Shown in pieces: positions 60,540 to 64,000 of a stretch of 64,000 nucleotides of DNA. Below the pieces are notes generated by a model that made no database searches, had not been told where the DNA came from, and was given only the letters and a program-made list of their open reading frames with translations. The DNA lies in contig JAKMXF010000244.1 in the NCBI GenBank assembly GCA_024704765.1, positions 549,905 through 613,904 of the forward strand, written 5' to 3'. Both the position numbers and the translations under genes were made by a program. Source of the stretch: Oopsacas minuta (lineage: Eukaryota; Animalia; Porifera). Positions within the stretch are counted from its first letter, which is position 1. The number at the start of each line of letters is the position of its first letter.

Positions 60540-62590
60540 TGGCGGAAAATTTATCATGGATGAAGAAGGCTATACGTTCTAGAAAGGTCGAATGTCATAA
60601 ACGAAAAGCGGATAATTGATAAAATAGAGAAACTATATAAAGACGGTCTTAAACTTATCAACTGGTAAGAAGAGAAAAAAGATAACTATAACTGAAAAGT
60701 ATGACAATATGAAAGCAAATTTTCAATGCCTTTCGATATTTTATGTTGTAAGTGCGAGCTACTTGATAACAAACCTTGTAAGAGCTGCCCAATAGAGAAT
60801 CGAATCCCAGACTTTGAAATTGAATTTATTAAAGACCCGAGAACAATAAGAAATATGTTTATTTCCGGAATTAACCAAAGGGGATCAGAAATCTATAAGA
60901 GGATAAAAAGGAAAGAAAAATTTTAAATTAAAGCTGTATTGGTCAAGGATACTGGAGATAACAGTTCGCTCTATATAGACCTCGAAAGTTTTGTGAGATT
61001 GTAGAAGATTCCTAACCAATCTGATCAAAGTGACGAAACATATGAATCAAAAAGCATCCCACAGTCTCTCTCTGATCAAAATCGTTGTATACTCCCAAAC
61101 CTCTCTCGAATGTGCGATAGATATGACATAAGCGACCGTGCAAGAGCCTCCATTGCAAATGCTGTGTTGCAGGATTATGGTATACTTAAAAAGGGAATTC
61201 TGAATGACGTTATTGGCCACAACAAACTTCGCAGGGAAAGAGAGAGATGGAGAAAAGTGGCAGAGGAGGATAATATTCTCAAGAATATAAAGGAACCTAT
61301 TATGACACTTTATTATGATGGCAGAGAAGATAAGCCCTAACAAAAGTTGAATGTAATGCAAATTTCAAGTACATCACTAAAAAGGAAAGCCATGAAGTAA
61401 TTGTGGCAGAACCAGGAAGCTGTTATATTGATCGCGTATCACCAAATCAGGTAAAGCAACAGATATAGCCAGTGATATATTTGATGTCATCCTAGAAACT
61501 GGTGCCAATTTAATCGTACTAGAGTGCGATGGAACTCCAGTAAATACTGGAAATCATGGAGGTATCAATAGACTCATTGAGAATAAGTTGTGTGTGGCCT
61601 CCATACAAACGAGTTGCCACTAGGGCACATATTCAAAGAAATTGATGGAGTAACTAGTGGACCAAATTCATACACTGGGCCTATTAGTAAGGAAATCAAA
61701 AAAATCTTACTAAATTTCCTCTTGTTCATTTTGAGCCAGTTTCCGGAAAGTAAAAATACACCAGTTGAGCTTGTAAAGAAACTTAGTACAGGTCAAAAGT
61801 ATTTATATGAGATGGCACTTGAGGTTCAAAATAGCCCAGATCATTGGACAGGGAACTTACTAACCAAGCAACCTGGTATTCTTAATAATTCAAGATGGAA
61901 TACACTTGCAAACAGAATCCTTAGGTTATATATTTCCAAATTAACTCCAACTTTTGAACTAAAGCTCATCGTAAATTTTATTCTTAATCAGTATGATCCA
62001 GGATGGTTTCGCTTCAAAGAGTTTTGGACTCTAAGTGATGGTGCAAAAAATTTCTTCCATCTTGTTCAACTATCTAAGGAATTACCAGAACCTGATAGAA
62101 TTTTGCTCGGAGAGTACTTCAAACAAAAGGGTATTGGAGTCACCCAGAAAATATCCTTATATCTATGCTTTCAGTTAATTCCCCAGATCTTAGAAAGAGA
62201 GCCGTAGAAACTATCCTGAAGTGTTGGCAAGTTGTGAATTTACGGAATTTGGACTTTCCAACCCAGCTGAGGAATTTAAAGTACCAAAAGTAAATTTCGA
62301 TGCTTCAACTTATTCAAATCTATAGAATTAGATGGATTATCAATGATAGAACCACCATTAACGGTTTATTTCACAGATGTGGAGCTGCATTCAGCCATTG
62401 ATGAACCATTGGTAATTCCATCCTATACTTGTCATTCCCAGAATGCAGGAAGATGGGTCAAAGAGGTTACTGAAGCATCCATATAGCGATGCGGTCATCA
62501 AGGACGACATAGATACATACTTAACAGAGCCATTTCTAGAGAAAATTTACTTATTTTCAACGCCAAAAAGGATTACCTTATCAATTAGTT
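60540..62590 (+). pseudogene. hATm-like (hAT-related) transposase remnant
   Basis: CDRYDISDRA.ASIANAVL.D, LYYDGREDK, CDGTPVNTG..GG, CGLHTNELPLGH...DG.TSGP and CHSQNAGRWVKEVTEAS. Element ends not fixed (possibly ~60127-62670). Confidence 0.7.
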
Positions 62591-62759
62591 AATGTACAAT
62601 CACATAATAATAACATACGTGACCTACGTAATATAAGGCCTGACTGTTCATTGGGGCCATGGATTACTTAAAGTGCATACATTGAATATGATATGTTGAG
62701 ATTAATACCATTGTTTTTGACAATATTCGTCCCAAATGGTAGATAGAAGGTAATCATAT

Positions 62760-64000
62760 TTTGCACTACTACAACAAAAATTGTATAAATAAAGAAATAA
62801 GAAATGCTAAAGAGACTGCCAACAGCAAAATTAATTATTTTGATTTGAATTTGGTGTATTTACGAGAGTTATGCGAGCTTTCAGTTAATGTCCTTTTCAA
62901 CGAATTCATGTTCTTCACTTTGTTAACTAGGATACAGTTGGTTGCTGAAAAAATAATCTTCTTTAAGATATTCCATCCTATTGTGTCACAAGTAGGGCAT
63001 TTGTTTCTCCAAAACTGAGTTTCATTACTCTCGATTACATTTAATGTTAAGGAAACTAAGATCTTCCGAGATGGACTTGTTATAAAGAGATTGAAGAGAC
63101 TAGAATCCATTTCGATCCTGGAGTAGACCTTCCACAAAATTACAACTGCTTCAAGTACTGGAGCTGAAGGCCACTTAAGGCCTCCTGTCAATCGAACATA
63201 TTAAACCATAGATGGGATCAGTTATATCTAATTCGAGAGTATCTTCCTTAACAAGACTTGACAAACACTGAGAGCAAATACTGCTCACTTCTTCCGTATC
63301 TCTTACGCCAGAAGAGTGAGTAATACCTCGCTTAGAATAGAAAGCACTTTTGAAGATGGAATGAACACAATAACCGGCAATAAAGGCTAAAGATTGAATG
63401 AGAGAAGCATCGAGTATGATTGGTGTCTCCTCTTCATTGAACACTCTGTTATAGGGGTCCAAATCGACTATATTGTCATCGCTAGATTCTTCGGAGATTG
63501 AAAATGACTTTAAAATTCTTTTAATGAGATTCAGCTCTCACCCGGAGTACTAGAGGAGAACAACTTCAGAATTGCAGAAGTCTTAGTCACTCACTTTGCA
63601 AAACTTGGCAAAATGTAACATTGTAATGTCTTCGATTTTAGGAATTAGTGTATTCTCAAGCTGGCACAGTAGAAATTTTAACTGGGGTAACAATTCTGAA
63701 TATTTCTCTAGCATATCGTTCGAAGTTCCTATCTTCTAAATCGTACTTTCAATGCTAGAAGTAGCTTGGCGAATACAGTTTCAACAGGGTCCTTAGTGTA
63801 TACAGAACCTCACTGATGATGGTATCGATTTCTCGAATATCACTAAGATTGTGTATTGTGAGAGGAATTTGAATGTTTTGATTGAAGTCTGTAGGTGTTA
63901 AGGAGTCATTAATTGAAACATATGCTGGTATATATATATGTTTGTCTTTTGACAGCTTTAGCAAGTTGATAGACGTGTCATCTGAAAACCATTTAACCCA
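62760..64000 (-). pseudogene. P-element (THAP9-like) transposase C-terminal remnant, runs off window end
   Basis: LAFIAGYCVH...CSQCLSSL...GLICSIDR.GGLKWPS is typical of P transposase C-termini; upstream sequence is heavily degraded. Confidence 0.6.

Noticed and set aside
1-64000. tRNA, rRNA or prokaryotic operon/defence-system signals
   Set aside because: None recognised by eye. The content is eukaryotic transposons plus two eukaryotic genes; a covariance-model scan would be needed to exclude small ncRNAs.

Overview
AT-rich eukaryotic (metazoan) genomic DNA made up almost entirely of class II (DNA) transposons and their remnants. I can support only two host genes, both single-exon ORFs: LSG1 (60S-export GTPase, 12072-13943, +) and a membrane-anchored flavin-containing monooxygenase (48406-49983, -). 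Recognisable transposon groups are PIF/Harbinger, Merlin, hAT (ZMYM-type, Buster, hATm-like, and one with a 5-bp TSD), Tc1/mariner (four mariner families, a DD37D maT, pogo-like MITEs), Chapaev, Chapaev3, Ginger2, MULE, Helitron, P and Transib. I recognised no reverse transcriptase. The most interesting objects are two Transib/RAG1-like elements (17179-20556 and 34015-37179). Both end in the RSS heptamer CACAGTG, have 5-bp TSDs, show RAG1-like D-E spacing and carry a C-terminal CxxC-x3-GH Zn motif, and neither has a RAG2-like gene. Also notable are a 16-kb four-level nest with TSDs at every level (26060-42002) and a hAT MITE that captured 645 bp of a Chapaev transposase (52025-53398). Intronless genes and this transposon set suggest an early-branching animal such as a glass sponge (e.g. 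Oopsacas), but that is a guess, not something the sequence proves. All alignments, counts and identities were done by eye; family names come from remembered motifs, not from a database search.
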